51,275 bases of DNA from an uncultured Hyphomicrobiales bacterium (GCA_903951595.1 CAJBCQ010000085.1:1-51275), one strand, 5' to 3'; positions 28,348 through 36,485 are shown, counted from the stretch's first letter. Program-made: numbers and translations. The notes: a model not told the origin generated them from the sequence alone.

Positions 28348-29292
28348 GTGTTGTCCCTGCTGCCGCAAAGGAATCTAGTACTAGTTGTCGATGAAGCCCG
28401 CTGTGATCCGGCTGACTTCATCGATATTGCAAACCGTATCCGCTCGCAGGCCGCCGATATCCGCGTACAGGTCTTGCAGCCCAAGGTCATCCACAGCATA
28501 GCCCGCGATACATGGGACCATCCGACATTGTTCCTATGCCTCGTCAACCTTCCCGATTTGCGGATCAAGCGCGGCAATCTATTGGTCACCCGCCCCATCC
28601 CCAAGCTACAACAGTCCGAGATGATGAAGCTGGCCCATGTTCCAACACCACATGCAGAGCGCTATCGTTTCGGAATGGTGTTTGACGAAAAGCTATGGGC
28701 AAGCCATGTGATCCTCAAGCCGGAAGATCTTACACTCACATCGCATGGCACAGGCCTTGAAATCATCGCGACCAAAATACTTTCGAGAAAATGCGAACGA
28801 GACTTCCCACCCGATCATTTTGCGCGCAGCCACAATATGCTGGTGCAGAATTTCATTGATACGGGCCGCCAGCCAGTGCGTTACCGCGCCATGACTTTTC
28901 TAGGCGAAGTTCTCTATATCAGCAAAATTACCTACGCACCGCAAAAGGCAGCTGACGCAACCGAAATACCAGCAGATTTTCACAGCAAATCCTCCGCAAT
29001 CCGGCGAGAGTTTCAGTACTATCCGCATGTCTATGATTTTGCGAAAAAGGTGGCGGCCGCCTTTCGGCAAAGCCCCCTGCTTGGCTGCGATATTCTCGAA
29101 GAGCATACCACTGGAAATCTTTATGCCATCGAAGTGAATGCGGGTGGCAATGTCTGGCACTTCTCCTCACCCTACCTTGCCAAGCACCGCCAAGAACACC
29201 CGGAAGATAACGTCCCGCGTTTGACCCAATACAACGCATTCGACACTGCCGCCAAGGCGCTCATCAACGCCACACGCCGTCAGGCCATTTGA
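28348..29292 (+). CDS. RimK-type ATP-grasp ligase-like protein, paralog A
   Basis: The GTG start is preceded by GAGGAG at a 7-nt spacing. Blocks align by eye with E. coli RimK:
- KLQQSEMMKLAHVPTP aligns with DKLRSMQLLARQGIDLP.
- HVILKPEDLTLTSHGTGLEII aligns with PLVVKLVEGTQGIGVVL.
- MLVQNFIDTGRQPVRYRAMTFLGEV aligns with [24 protein letters not shown].
- ADFHSK aligns with GDFRSN.
- LLGCDILEEHTTGNLYAIEVNAGGN aligns with [23 protein letters not shown]. Confidence 0.75.
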   Translation: MLSLLPQRNLVLVVDEARCDPADFIDIANRIRSQAADIRVQVLQPKVIHSIARDTWDHPTLFLCLVNLPDLRIKRGNLLVTRPIPKLQQSEMMKLAHVPTPHAERYRFGMVFDEKLWASHVILKPEDLTLTSHGTGLEIIATKILSRKCERDFPPDHFARSHNMLVQNFIDTGRQPVRYRAMTFLGEVLYISKITYAPQKAADATEIPADFHSKSSAIRREFQYYPHVYDFAKKVAAAFRQSPLLGCDILEEHTTGNLYAIEVNAGGNVWHFSSPYLAKHRQEHPEDNVPRLTQYNAFDTAAKALINATRRQAI

Positions 29293-30234
29293 ATGTCACA
29301 CCTACTGCCGAAGAAAAATCTGGTCGTGATCGTGGACAGGTCGCGCTGCGATCCGGCTGATTTCGTAGACATCACGCGCCGAGCGCGGGCGCAAGCTCCC
29401 GACATCCGAGTGCAGCTTTTAATGCCCAGAACTTTGCACAAGCTTGCTCCGGTGACTTGGGATCATCCAACCCTTATCGTAAGCCAAGTGCGCTTGCAGA
29501 ATTTGCGCATCAAACGCGGCAAGCTCATGATGCCATCACCCATCCCAAAGCTGAAACAGGCCAAGATCATGCAAGCGGCTGGTGTCGCCACACCGCATGT
29601 GGTGCCATATCAATTTGGCATGACATTTGATGAATGCCTCTGGGGCAGCCACGTCATGCTCAAACCTGCAGATCTCGATTTTTCCTCCAAGGGAACGGGG
29701 CTTGAGGTCATCGCGGCGAAAGAACTGTCTGGAAAGCGCCAACAGGATTTCCCGCCCGATCATTTTGCAGGCTCGCACAAGATGCTGGCACAGAAATTCA
29801 TTGATTCAGGCCCCCAGCCGGTGCGTTACCGGGCCATGACCTTTATGGGCGAGGTTCTTTATGTAATGAAATCAACCTGTGCACCCATTAAATCACGGGA
29901 CGGCAAAATACCCGCAGACTTCCACAGCAAAGCCCCGGAACTGCGGCGCGAGTTTCTGCCTTTCCCCGAAGTGCGCGCCTTTGCCAGAAAAACAGCGGCA
30001 GCGTTCCCGAATTGGCCGCTGCTCGGCTGTGACATTCTGCAGGAGGCGGGAACGGGCGATCTTTATGCGCTGGAAGTAAATCCAGGCGGCAATGTCTGGC
30101 ACTTCTCCTCGCCCTACAACGCAAAGGATCGCGCGGCACACCCCGAATACAATGCCCTGTTCCAGAGCCAATATGGCGCCTTCGATGTCGCCGCCAAAGC
30201 CCTCATAAACGCCACACGGCGGCTGGCCGTCTGA
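29293..30234 (+). CDS. RimK-type ATP-grasp ligase-like protein, paralog B
   Basis: The ATG immediately follows the TGA of paralog A (tgaATG). It is about 55-65% identical to paralog A by eye along the full length and carries the same ATP-grasp blocks: MLKPADLDFSSKGTGLEVI, MLAQKFIDSGPQPVRYRAMTFMGEV, ADFHSK, LLGCDILQEAGTGDLYALEVNPGGN. Confidence 0.75.
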   Translation: MSHLLPKKNLVVIVDRSRCDPADFVDITRRARAQAPDIRVQLLMPRTLHKLAPVTWDHPTLIVSQVRLQNLRIKRGKLMMPSPIPKLKQAKIMQAAGVATPHVVPYQFGMTFDECLWGSHVMLKPADLDFSSKGTGLEVIAAKELSGKRQQDFPPDHFAGSHKMLAQKFIDSGPQPVRYRAMTFMGEVLYVMKSTCAPIKSRDGKIPADFHSKAPELRREFLPFPEVRAFARKTAAAFPNWPLLGCDILQEAGTGDLYALEVNPGGNVWHFSSPYNAKDRAAHPEYNALFQSQYGAFDVAAKALINATRRLAV

Positions 30235-30258
30235 ACTTAACTTGGGGCAAGAAGATGA

Positions 30259-30333
30259 TGGTGGGCGGTACAAGGTTCGAACTTGTGACCCTCACGATGT
30301 CAACGTGATGCTCTACCGCTGAGCTAACCGCCC
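30259..30333 (-). tRNA. tRNA-Val (anticodon GAC), CCA encoded
   Basis: The minus strand reads GGGCGGTTAGCTCAGCGGTAGAGCATCACGTTGACATCGTGAGGGTCACAAGTTCGAACCTTGTACCGCCCACCA. It folds by hand into a full cloverleaf: acceptor 7 bp, D stem GCTC/GAGC, anticodon stem TCACG/CGTGA with loop TTGACAT, and T arm ACAAG-TTCGAAC-CTTGT. Confidence 0.92.
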
Positions 30334-30414
30334 GGAACCATCCGGAAAAGCCTCAAAACCAGCTTTCGCCGCAGGGTATATCGGGAGAAATGTCGCCGCG
30401 CAAGCCTTCAAGGC

Positions 30415-30774
30415 TTACGCCGCCATCATGCGTTCCACCTCGGCCACCAAATCCTTCAAATGGAAGGGCTTGGAAAGCACCTTGGCATCCTTGGGCGCGC
30501 GCGAATCCGGGTTCAGCGCCACGGCGGCAAAGCCGGTGATGAACATAATCTTGAGCGCGGGATCGAGTTCTGCGGCCCGTCGGGCCAGCTCAATTCCGTC
30601 CATTTCGGGCATCACGATGTCGGTCAGCAGCAAATCGAAGGTCGCTTGCTTCACTTCCTCGAACGCGCTTGCGCCCTCGCCAAAGGATACGACTTCATGG
30701 CCGGCCTTTTCCAGTGCGCGCACCAGAAACCGCCGCATGTCTTCATCATCTTCGGCCAACAGAATCTTCGCCAT
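30415..30774 (-). CDS. cpdR: Single-domain response regulator CpdR
   Basis: The sequence is MAKILLAEDDEDMRRFLVRALEKAGHEVV...LLLTDIVMPEMDGIELARRAAELDPALKIMFITGFAAVALN...KVLSKPFHLKDLV. It closely matches the CpdR family as I remember it. Confidence 0.9.
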   Translation of the reverse strand: MAKILLAEDDEDMRRFLVRALEKAGHEVVSFGEGASAFEEVKQATFDLLLTDIVMPEMDGIELARRAAELDPALKIMFITGFAAVALNPDSRAPKDAKVLSKPFHLKDLVAEVERMMAA

Positions 30775-30899
30775 GAACTCAGAAATCCTCACGCAAAACA
30801 ACATTTCGATAAAAGCAAACCCGCAAGCGCCTGGGAAGGCTGAACTTGTCAGAATAGGCCTAGAGTCTCTATTATCTCGAAAAGAGGTAAATTTCTCGC

Positions 30900-31796
30900 A
30901 TGAAGAGCCTGGCGCATGTTTTTGATCCGCCCTTCCGGCTATCCCGGCCGCAAGATGCGCTTGTGCCCGTGATCGTCAATTCCCCCCATTCAGGTGCTTT
31001 TTACCCCGAATCCTTCCTCAAATCTGCCCGCTTGGATGCGCTTTGCCTGCGTCGTTCGGAAGATGCCCATGTGGCAGAATTATTCGCCGCCGCCCCCAAC
31101 TTGGGCGCTCCCCTCCTGCAAGCCTGCTTTCCGCGAGCCTTTCTGGATGTGAACCGCGAGCCTTGGGAGCTGGATCCGGCCATGTTCGACGGCCCGCTTC
31201 CGCCTTTTGCCAATACCAGCTCCATCCGAGTGGCAGCCGGCCTTGGCACCATTCCGCGCGTGGTGAGCGAGTTTGTGGAAATTTACAAAGACAAACTCAG
31301 CCCGGCGGAAGCCGAAGCCCGCATTTTGCAGCTGTATTTCCCCTATCACGCCGCCCTGAGCCGTTTGGCGGATGATATGCTGGCCCATTTCGGCGCGGTT
31401 TTGCTGCTCGACTGCCATTCCATGCCCACCAGTGCCGCCGCCGGAGGGCTCACCCAAAGCCGCCATCGCCCCGATGTGGTGCTGGGCGATCGGCACGGCT
31501 CGGCCTGCTCGGCCATGATCACCGCAACCCTGGAAAGCCTATTTGCCGCACAAGGCCTGAAAGTGGCCCGCAACCGGCCCTATGCGGGTGGATTCATCAC
31601 CCAGACCCACGGCAAGCCCCGCCAAGGCCGCCACGCCATCCAAATTGAAATCTGTCGCAGCCTTTATATGGATGAAACAACCTTGGCTAAAACCGATGGC
31701 TTTGAACCCCTGCGCACGGCCCTGACCGTGGTGATGCAAGGAATGTTCACAAGCCTCGCCCCCCTGCTCATGCCCGCGGGCCTGGCTGCCGAGTAA
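30900..31796 (+). CDS. N-formylglutamate amidohydrolase family protein (paralog 2)
   Basis: The FGase blocks are VIVNSPHSGAFYP, RRSEDAHVAELF, FLDVNREPWELD and LLLDCHSMP. Confidence 0.8.
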   Translation: MKSLAHVFDPPFRLSRPQDALVPVIVNSPHSGAFYPESFLKSARLDALCLRRSEDAHVAELFAAAPNLGAPLLQACFPRAFLDVNREPWELDPAMFDGPLPPFANTSSIRVAAGLGTIPRVVSEFVEIYKDKLSPAEAEARILQLYFPYHAALSRLADDMLAHFGAVLLLDCHSMPTSAAAGGLTQSRHRPDVVLGDRHGSACSAMITATLESLFAAQGLKVARNRPYAGGFITQTHGKPRQGRHAIQIEICRSLYMDETTLAKTDGFEPLRTALTVVMQGMFTSLAPLLMPAGLAAE

Positions 31797-31829
31797 GGCC
31801 GGGCAAGGGCAACGCGCCGGATTTCGGAT

Positions 31830-31872
31830 AAAAAAAGAGCCCGAACAATACCTTCGCAGGTAATTGTCGGGC
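31830..31872 (-). terminator. Strong orphan intrinsic terminator (minus strand)
   Basis: The minus strand reads GCCCGACAATTACCT-gcga-AGGTATTGTTCGGGC (a long imperfect stem) followed by TCTTTTTTTAT. No minus-strand CDS lies upstream of it. Confidence 0.7.
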
Positions 31873-31960
31873 CCAAGTCTAGGGAGGAAACGCCCCAAAG
31901 GGGCAACCGAATGAGCAATGCATCATCCGGATGCATAGTATTTGGCAGCGTAGCGGCAGA
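31830..31960 (-). ncRNA. Candidate trans-acting small RNA (5' end undetermined)
   Basis: Upstream of the orphan terminator on the minus strand are two hairpins, ATGCAT-ccggatg-ATGCAT and GCCCC-ttt-GGGGC. A single-stranded GUUUCCUCCCUAGA (anti-Shine-Dalgarno-like CCUCCC) follows. It sits in a 415-bp intergenic region with no credible ORF. Confidence 0.35.
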
Positions 31961-32211
31961 ATTACAAGCCCCAACACGGCCCTGCGACATTCTGCATTAA
32001 AACGCATGATTTCAGATGGTTAAGATATAATTTCTAACTATTGGCACTGTCGTTTTCTAGCCACCGATGTCTTTTTTTGACATGAGGCCGCGCCCAAGAA
32101 TGCATTCGGCACCTTTCAGACATGCAAGAAACGCATAACTGACGCAGGCTTGAGCCGCCACCCCATCTCGTCTAGGACTGCCATATCACCCGCGCCACAA
32201 AGGAAACCGCC

Positions 32212-33012
32212 ATGCCGCCAATTTCGCCTGAGAACTGGGATGAGTTGGCCCTTTTTGGGCGCAAACTGGCCGATGCGGCAGGTGAAGCCATTCTGCCCCA
32301 TTTCCGCATTCCGGCTGCGGTGGACAACAAATCCCAATCCGGCTTCGACCCCGTCACCATCGCCGACCGCAATGGCGAAACCGCCATGCGCCAGCTCATC
32401 GAGGCCCATTTCCCCGATCACGGCATCATCGGCGAGGAACATGGCGTGAAGCCCTCCAAATCCGGCTTCAACTGGGTGCTGGATCCTGTCGATGGCACGC
32501 GCTCGTTCATCCTTGGCGTGCCGCTCTGGACCACCCTCATCGGGCTGACCTTTGAAGGAGCACCCGTGCTGGGCGTGATGAACCAGCCTTTCGTGGGCGA
32601 GCGTTTTATTGGCGGCTTAGGCCAGAGCTTCTGGGAACGCGGGGCCGAACGGCGCAGGCTCAAGGTCAATCCGGCAAAATCACTCGCCACCGCAAATATC
32701 GCCACGGTGGCACCGGAAATCTACAAGACCCCGGCGCAGAAGAATGTGTTCGACAAGCTCACCCGCGCAACCCAGCTCACGCGCTTTGGCGGCGATGCTT
32801 ATTTCTATTGCCTGCTGGCTTCAGGCCTCATCGACATTGCGATGGATGCAGGCCTTGAAACCTATGATATCGCCGCCCTTGTTCCCATCATCGAAGGCGC
32901 AGGCGGCATTGTCACCACTTTCACCGGACAAGCAGCCACAGGCGGTGGCGACATCATCGCCTTTTCAAGCCTTGCCCTTCAGCAAGAAGCCATGGCGCTC
33001 ATCCGCGCGTAA
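32212..33012 (+). CDS. Inositol monophosphatase family protein (HisN-like histidinol-phosphatase candidate)
   Basis: The IMPase motifs are HGIIGEEHG and WVLDPVDGTRSFI, with a C-terminal WDIAALVPIIEGAGG-like block (YDIAALVPIIEGAGG). Confidence 0.8.
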   Translation: MPPISPENWDELALFGRKLADAAGEAILPHFRIPAAVDNKSQSGFDPVTIADRNGETAMRQLIEAHFPDHGIIGEEHGVKPSKSGFNWVLDPVDGTRSFILGVPLWTTLIGLTFEGAPVLGVMNQPFVGERFIGGLGQSFWERGAERRRLKVNPAKSLATANIATVAPEIYKTPAQKNVFDKLTRATQLTRFGGDAYFYCLLASGLIDIAMDAGLETYDIAALVPIIEGAGGIVTTFTGQAATGGGDIIAFSSLALQQEAMALIRA

Positions 33013-33016
33013 AGCT

Positions 33017-33952
33017 TCAGCCCGGCGGCGATAAGAAGCTTTCAAACGCCGCCCAAAACTGCGCCCGCACAGCATCTTTCTCCATCAGAATTTCATGGCG
33101 TGCGTCGCCGATGATGACCAGAGAAACATTCGCCACCCGGTTTGCGAAATCACGGCACGCCTCAGTCACCGTCACCCGCTCTCGGCCCGCCGCCACAATG
33201 AGCGTGGGCGCCAGAAGCCGCGTGCCAGGGGCAATCCGCGAAAGCTCACCCATCGAACGAAACGCACCATCAAGCCAGCCGATCGTGGCCCCACCAATGC
33301 TCAACCCAGGTGCAGCCTTCAAAACCCGTTGATCGCGATCGTAACGTAGCCGGTCGCCCGTCAGATCATTGCCAGCAAAATCATGCGGCCCCAAAGGTCG
33401 GGCAGGCCTTCCCGGTGCCAGAAAATCGCCAAAGCCAAACCGTGCCAATGAAATCGCCACAAACCGCGCCAAGGGCTTGGGCCATCGCCCAGTATTCACA
33501 TCGAGCATGGGCGAGGTGAGAACAGCGCGCGAAAACCAATTGCGCTTTTGCAAAGCGCGCAAGCCAACACAGCCGCCCATCGAATGGCCCAGCAGATAGA
33601 AAGGTGGCGGGCAATCAGGCAGCACATGGTGCTTCATGAAGCTTGCCAGATCATCATCGTAAAGCTTGAAGTCCGGCACATTGCTGCGAAACGCATCTTT
33701 CTGCAAACGTGGCGATCCGCCTTGCCCGCGGAAATCAAAACTGGCGGCGGAGAAACCCAGCGCATTCAGATCCCGAAACGTCTCGAAATACCGCTCCAGA
33801 AAATCGCCGCGTCCTTGTAGCACCACCACAGTGCCGCGCGCCTTGGCAATACGGCTCATGGCAAAGCGGAGCTTCAGGCCATCCGATGTCGGGAAATACC
33901 CCGACACGAGCCCTTGCGGCGGCTCGTTGCCGGGTGTGTGGATCAAACTCAT
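33017..33952 (-). CDS. Alpha/beta hydrolase (lysophospholipase/monoglyceride-lipase-like)
   Basis: Has the nucleophile elbow GHSMGG, VVLQGRGDFLERY, and a C-terminal DARHEI (catalytic His region). Confidence 0.8.
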   Translation of the reverse strand: MSLIHTPGNEPPQGLVSGYFPTSDGLKLRFAMSRIAKARGTVVVLQGRGDFLERYFETFRDLNALGFSAASFDFRGQGGSPRLQKDAFRSNVPDFKLYDDDLASFMKHHVLPDCPPPFYLLGHSMGGCVGLRALQKRNWFSRAVLTSPMLDVNTGRWPKPLARFVAISLARFGFGDFLAPGRPARPLGPHDFAGNDLTGDRLRYDRDQRVLKAAPGLSIGGATIGWLDGAFRSMGELSRIAPGTRLLAPTLIVAAGRERVTVTEACRDFANRVANVSLVIIGDARHEILMEKDAVRAQFWAAFESFLSPPG

Positions 33953-33991
33953 GGAAGCAAAGCTAGACCATTCCCAAGCCTGGCCGCAAGC

Positions 33992-34552
33992 TTAGGGTTG
34001 CTTGCGGACTTCCGTGATCTCACCGGTGGCCGCACTCACCTGAACCCGGTAGGTCTTACCGTCACGCAAGGCGGAAAAATCAAACAATTTGCCCGCACAA
34101 GTCACCGGTTTCACATTGCCAAAGCCATAGCCCGCCACGATTTCTTCCGCCTTGGCGCAACTTACAGGGCCGGAAGGGGCTGCCGTCGAGGCGGTTTGGG
34201 TCTTGGGGCCCGCGTTGGCCGATGCAGGCGGCGTCTCGCGCTGGCGCGGCAAGGGTGGTGGGGCATAGCCATAATCAGGCTGCCGCCAAGGCTCGCGATA
34301 GCCTCTCGGCGGTGGCGCATAGGCATAGGGATATTCTGGTTCCGCATAGCTGTAATAGGCTTGCGACGGGTAAAAATAGCCCGGCGGAGGCGGGGGTATG
34401 TAATAAACCGGCGGTGGCGCATAGCCATAAACACCCGGATCATAAGGCCCCGGCCCGATATAGCGATAATAGCCATATTCCTGCGCCTGCACGGCTGCAC
34501 CCGAAAGCGCCAACCCCGCCAAGGCCAAAAACACTCCGTTCCAAACGCGCAT
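33992..34552 (-). CDS. Exported Tyr/Pro-rich protein with C-terminal PepSY-like domain
   Basis: Start at MRVWNGVFLALAGLALSGAAVQA (signal peptide). About 90 aa of Y/P-rich repeats (YGYAPPP occurs three times) follow. The C-terminus is SCAKAEEIVAGYGFGNVKPVTCAGKLFDFSALRDGKTYRVQVSAATGEITEV. Confidence 0.6.
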   Translation of the reverse strand: MRVWNGVFLALAGLALSGAAVQAQEYGYYRYIGPGPYDPGVYGYAPPPVYYIPPPPPGYFYPSQAYYSYAEPEYPYAYAPPPRGYREPWRQPDYGYAPPPLPRQRETPPASANAGPKTQTASTAAPSGPVSCAKAEEIVAGYGFGNVKPVTCAGKLFDFSALRDGKTYRVQVSAATGEITEVRKQP

Positions 34553-34673
34553 CCCAAGCACTCCCCTTGAGCAAAACCCGGTCCATCCACCCCAGCATGT
34601 TCTGCTTACCGCAATCTGGCTGAACGGCAGGGCAAAACTGTGTTCACCGGGCGTTCATCAACAGGCCATCGGG

Positions 34674-34701
34674 CCTTGAAAGCCAAGCGGCTGAAACTAT
34701 C
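34674..34701 (+). promoter_or_regulatory. RpoH (sigma-32)-type promoter candidate for hsp20
   Basis: CTTG(34674-34677)-N17-aCTATCT(34695-34701) is close to the alphaproteobacterial heat-shock consensus CTTG-N17/18-CYTATNT, recalled from memory. It lies about 65 nt upstream of the ATG. Confidence 0.4.
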
Positions 34702-34766
34702 TGAGCAGGGCAGGTGCTTTTAAGGCCTGCGCGTTGATCCATCGCTTGCCTTGAGGAGGATGACCC
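34702..34766 (+). promoter_or_regulatory. ROSE-like RNA-thermometer candidate in the hsp20 leader
   Basis: The leader holds a GCAGG..CCTGC hairpin. The segment gatccatCGCTTGCCttGAGGAGGATgacccATG follows, in which a UUGCC tract (compare ROSE U(U/C)GCU) and ATCC can pair with the SD GGAGGAT. Fold not computed. Confidence 0.3.
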
Positions 34767-35246
34767 ATGTTTGACTTGACCCCCCTTTACCGTTCCACCA
34801 TCGGCTTTGACCGTCTGGCGCGCATGCTGGATGATGTTTCGGGCTTCGATGTTCCAGCCTATCCGCCCTATAATATCGAACGGCTGGATGAGGATGAATA
34901 CCGCATCACCATGGCGGTGGCGGGCTTTGCCCAAGACGATTTGGGCATCCATGTGAACGGCAATACGCTGATCATTTCCGGTAAGAAAACCACCGAAACT
35001 TCACAAGCCAGCACCAAGAGCCAGTTCCTGCATCAGGGCATTGCTTCACGCGCCTTCGAACGCCGTTTCCAGCTTGCCGACTTCGTGGAAGTGCGCGGTG
35101 CCGATTTGGAACACGGGCTGTTGCATGTGAAATTGAAACGCGAAGTGCCCGAAGCCATGAAACCGCGCTCGATTGAGATTCAGTCGAAGGGCAATGGCAA
35201 TAGCACCAAGCAAAAGCCGCATGTGATTGAAGGCAACGCGGCTTAA
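34767..35246 (+). CDS. Small heat-shock protein (Hsp20/IbpA family)
   Basis: MFDLTPLYRSTIGFDRLARMLD...YPPYNIERLDEDEYRITMAVAGF...RAFERRFQLADFVEV is a classic alpha-crystallin domain. Strong GAGGAGGA SD. Confidence 0.9.
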   Translation: MFDLTPLYRSTIGFDRLARMLDDVSGFDVPAYPPYNIERLDEDEYRITMAVAGFAQDDLGIHVNGNTLIISGKKTTETSQASTKSQFLHQGIASRAFERRFQLADFVEVRGADLEHGLLHVKLKREVPEAMKPRSIEIQSKGNGNSTKQKPHVIEGNAA

Positions 35247-35260
35247 GAATAGCGAAATGG

Positions 35261-35296
35261 AAAAGGACCCTCGGGTCGGGGCCCGAGGGTCCTTTT
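35261..35296. terminator. Bidirectional intrinsic terminator between hsp20 and ltaE
   Basis: AAAA + GGACCCTCGGG-tcgggg-CCCGAGGGTCC (11 bp) + TTTTC, between convergent stops. Confidence 0.85.
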
Positions 35297-35314
35297 CTGA
35301 TTTCGCTTATCTTC

Positions 35315-36370
35315 TCACGCCAAGCGCTTCGCCGCCGCGATGAGCGCATCGACATCGGCGTGCGTCGTGCGAAAACCCGTCACAAACCGCACAAAGATTT
35401 CACCTGCGCGCACATCATCCGTTCCTGGCCCATCCCCCGGCCAATCATAATAATGCGCCCCCGCCGCCAGCAACGCTTCGTGCAGCTTGACCGGCATGAT
35501 GGGGAAAACTTCATTGGCCTGTGTGGGCAAGGGCAGCCGCACGCCCGGCACCTGCGCCATGCCTTCTGCCAGCCGCTTGGCCATCGCATTGGCCTGCGCT
35601 GCATTGCGTAGCCAAAGCCCATCCTTCAGATAAGCCTCCATCTGGGCGCCGAGATAACGGCCTTTCGACAAAAGCTGACCCGCCCGCTTGCGTTTGAATT
35701 TGAAATCCTGCGCGAGGGCTTCATCAAAAAACACGACCGCTTCCAGCATCACCGCCCCATTCTTGGTACCACCAAAGGAAAGCACATCCACCCCCGCTTT
35801 CCATGTGACATCCGCAGGCGAGCAGCCCAGTGATGCCACCGCATTGGCAAAGCGCGCGCCGTCCATATGGACTTTCAAGCCCCGCCCATGGGCGAAATCG
35901 CAAAGCGCCTTCACTTCCGCAGGCGCATAAACCGTGCCCAGTTCCGTGGCCTGTGTGAGCGAGAAAGCGCAGGGCTTTACTTCATGCTCACCACGCACAA
36001 ACTGGTCGAGACGGGCCGACAATGTTTCCACCGTCAACTTCGCACCCGCACCCCCCATGCCAATGAGCTTGGCCCCGCCAGTGAACAATTCCGGCATGCC
36101 GCATTCATCGGTGTTGATATGGGCCTCGCGATGGCACAAAACCGCGCCATGCGGCGGCACCAGAGCCGACAGGGCCAGTGAATTGGCAGCCGAACCCGTG
36201 AGCACCAGAAAAGCCGTCACCGGCCGCCCAAAGACCGCCGAAAGGGCCTCCACCGCCCGGCCCGTCCACGGATCGGCCCCATAGGAATAGGTCGTCCCGT
36301 CATTGGCCGCCATCATGGCCGCCAAAATGGCCGGATCGGCCCCCTGCACATTGTCGCTAGCAAATTCCAT
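35315..36370 (-). CDS. ltaE: Low-specificity L-threonine aldolase (beta-eliminating lyase fold, PLP)
   Basis: MEFASDNVQGADP..., TGSAANSLAL, and LSFGGTKNG (PLP-lysine region). 351 aa. GGAGGGG RBS. Confidence 0.8.
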   Translation of the reverse strand: MEFASDNVQGADPAILAAMMAANDGTTYSYGADPWTGRAVEALSAVFGRPVTAFLVLTGSAANSLALSALVPPHGAVLCHREAHINTDECGMPELFTGGAKLIGMGGAGAKLTVETLSARLDQFVRGEHEVKPCAFSLTQATELGTVYAPAEVKALCDFAHGRGLKVHMDGARFANAVASLGCSPADVTWKAGVDVLSFGGTKNGAVMLEAVVFFDEALAQDFKFKRKRAGQLLSKGRYLGAQMEAYLKDGLWLRNAAQANAMAKRLAEGMAQVPGVRLPLPTQANEVFPIMPVKLHEALLAAGAHYYDWPGDGPGTDDVRAGEIFVRFVTGFRTTHADVDALIAAAKRLA

Positions 36371-36485
36371 CCCAAACCCCTCCGCTTTGCCCCAAACTAC
36401 CCAAGGACGCGGCGGGTGCGAAACATAATTTCAAAAATGACAGAATGAGGCATGAGAACTTGCGCGAAACCAGAAAATCTGGCAG

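Noticed and set aside
26936-30258. tRNA-Val-linked genomic island with integrase and att repeats.
   Set aside because: There is no integrase, recombinase or transposase ORF. I could find no direct repeat of the tRNA 3' end in 26.9-28.35 kb. Only the compositional impression and the position next to the tRNA remain, so it is reported as context for the ATP-grasp pair, not as a mobile element.
32042-32057. Sigma-54 promoter-like TGGCAC-N5-TTTTC upstream of the IMPase-family gene.
   Set aside because: The -24 element is perfect, but the essential -12 GC (TTGC) is replaced by TTTT. Probably a chance match.
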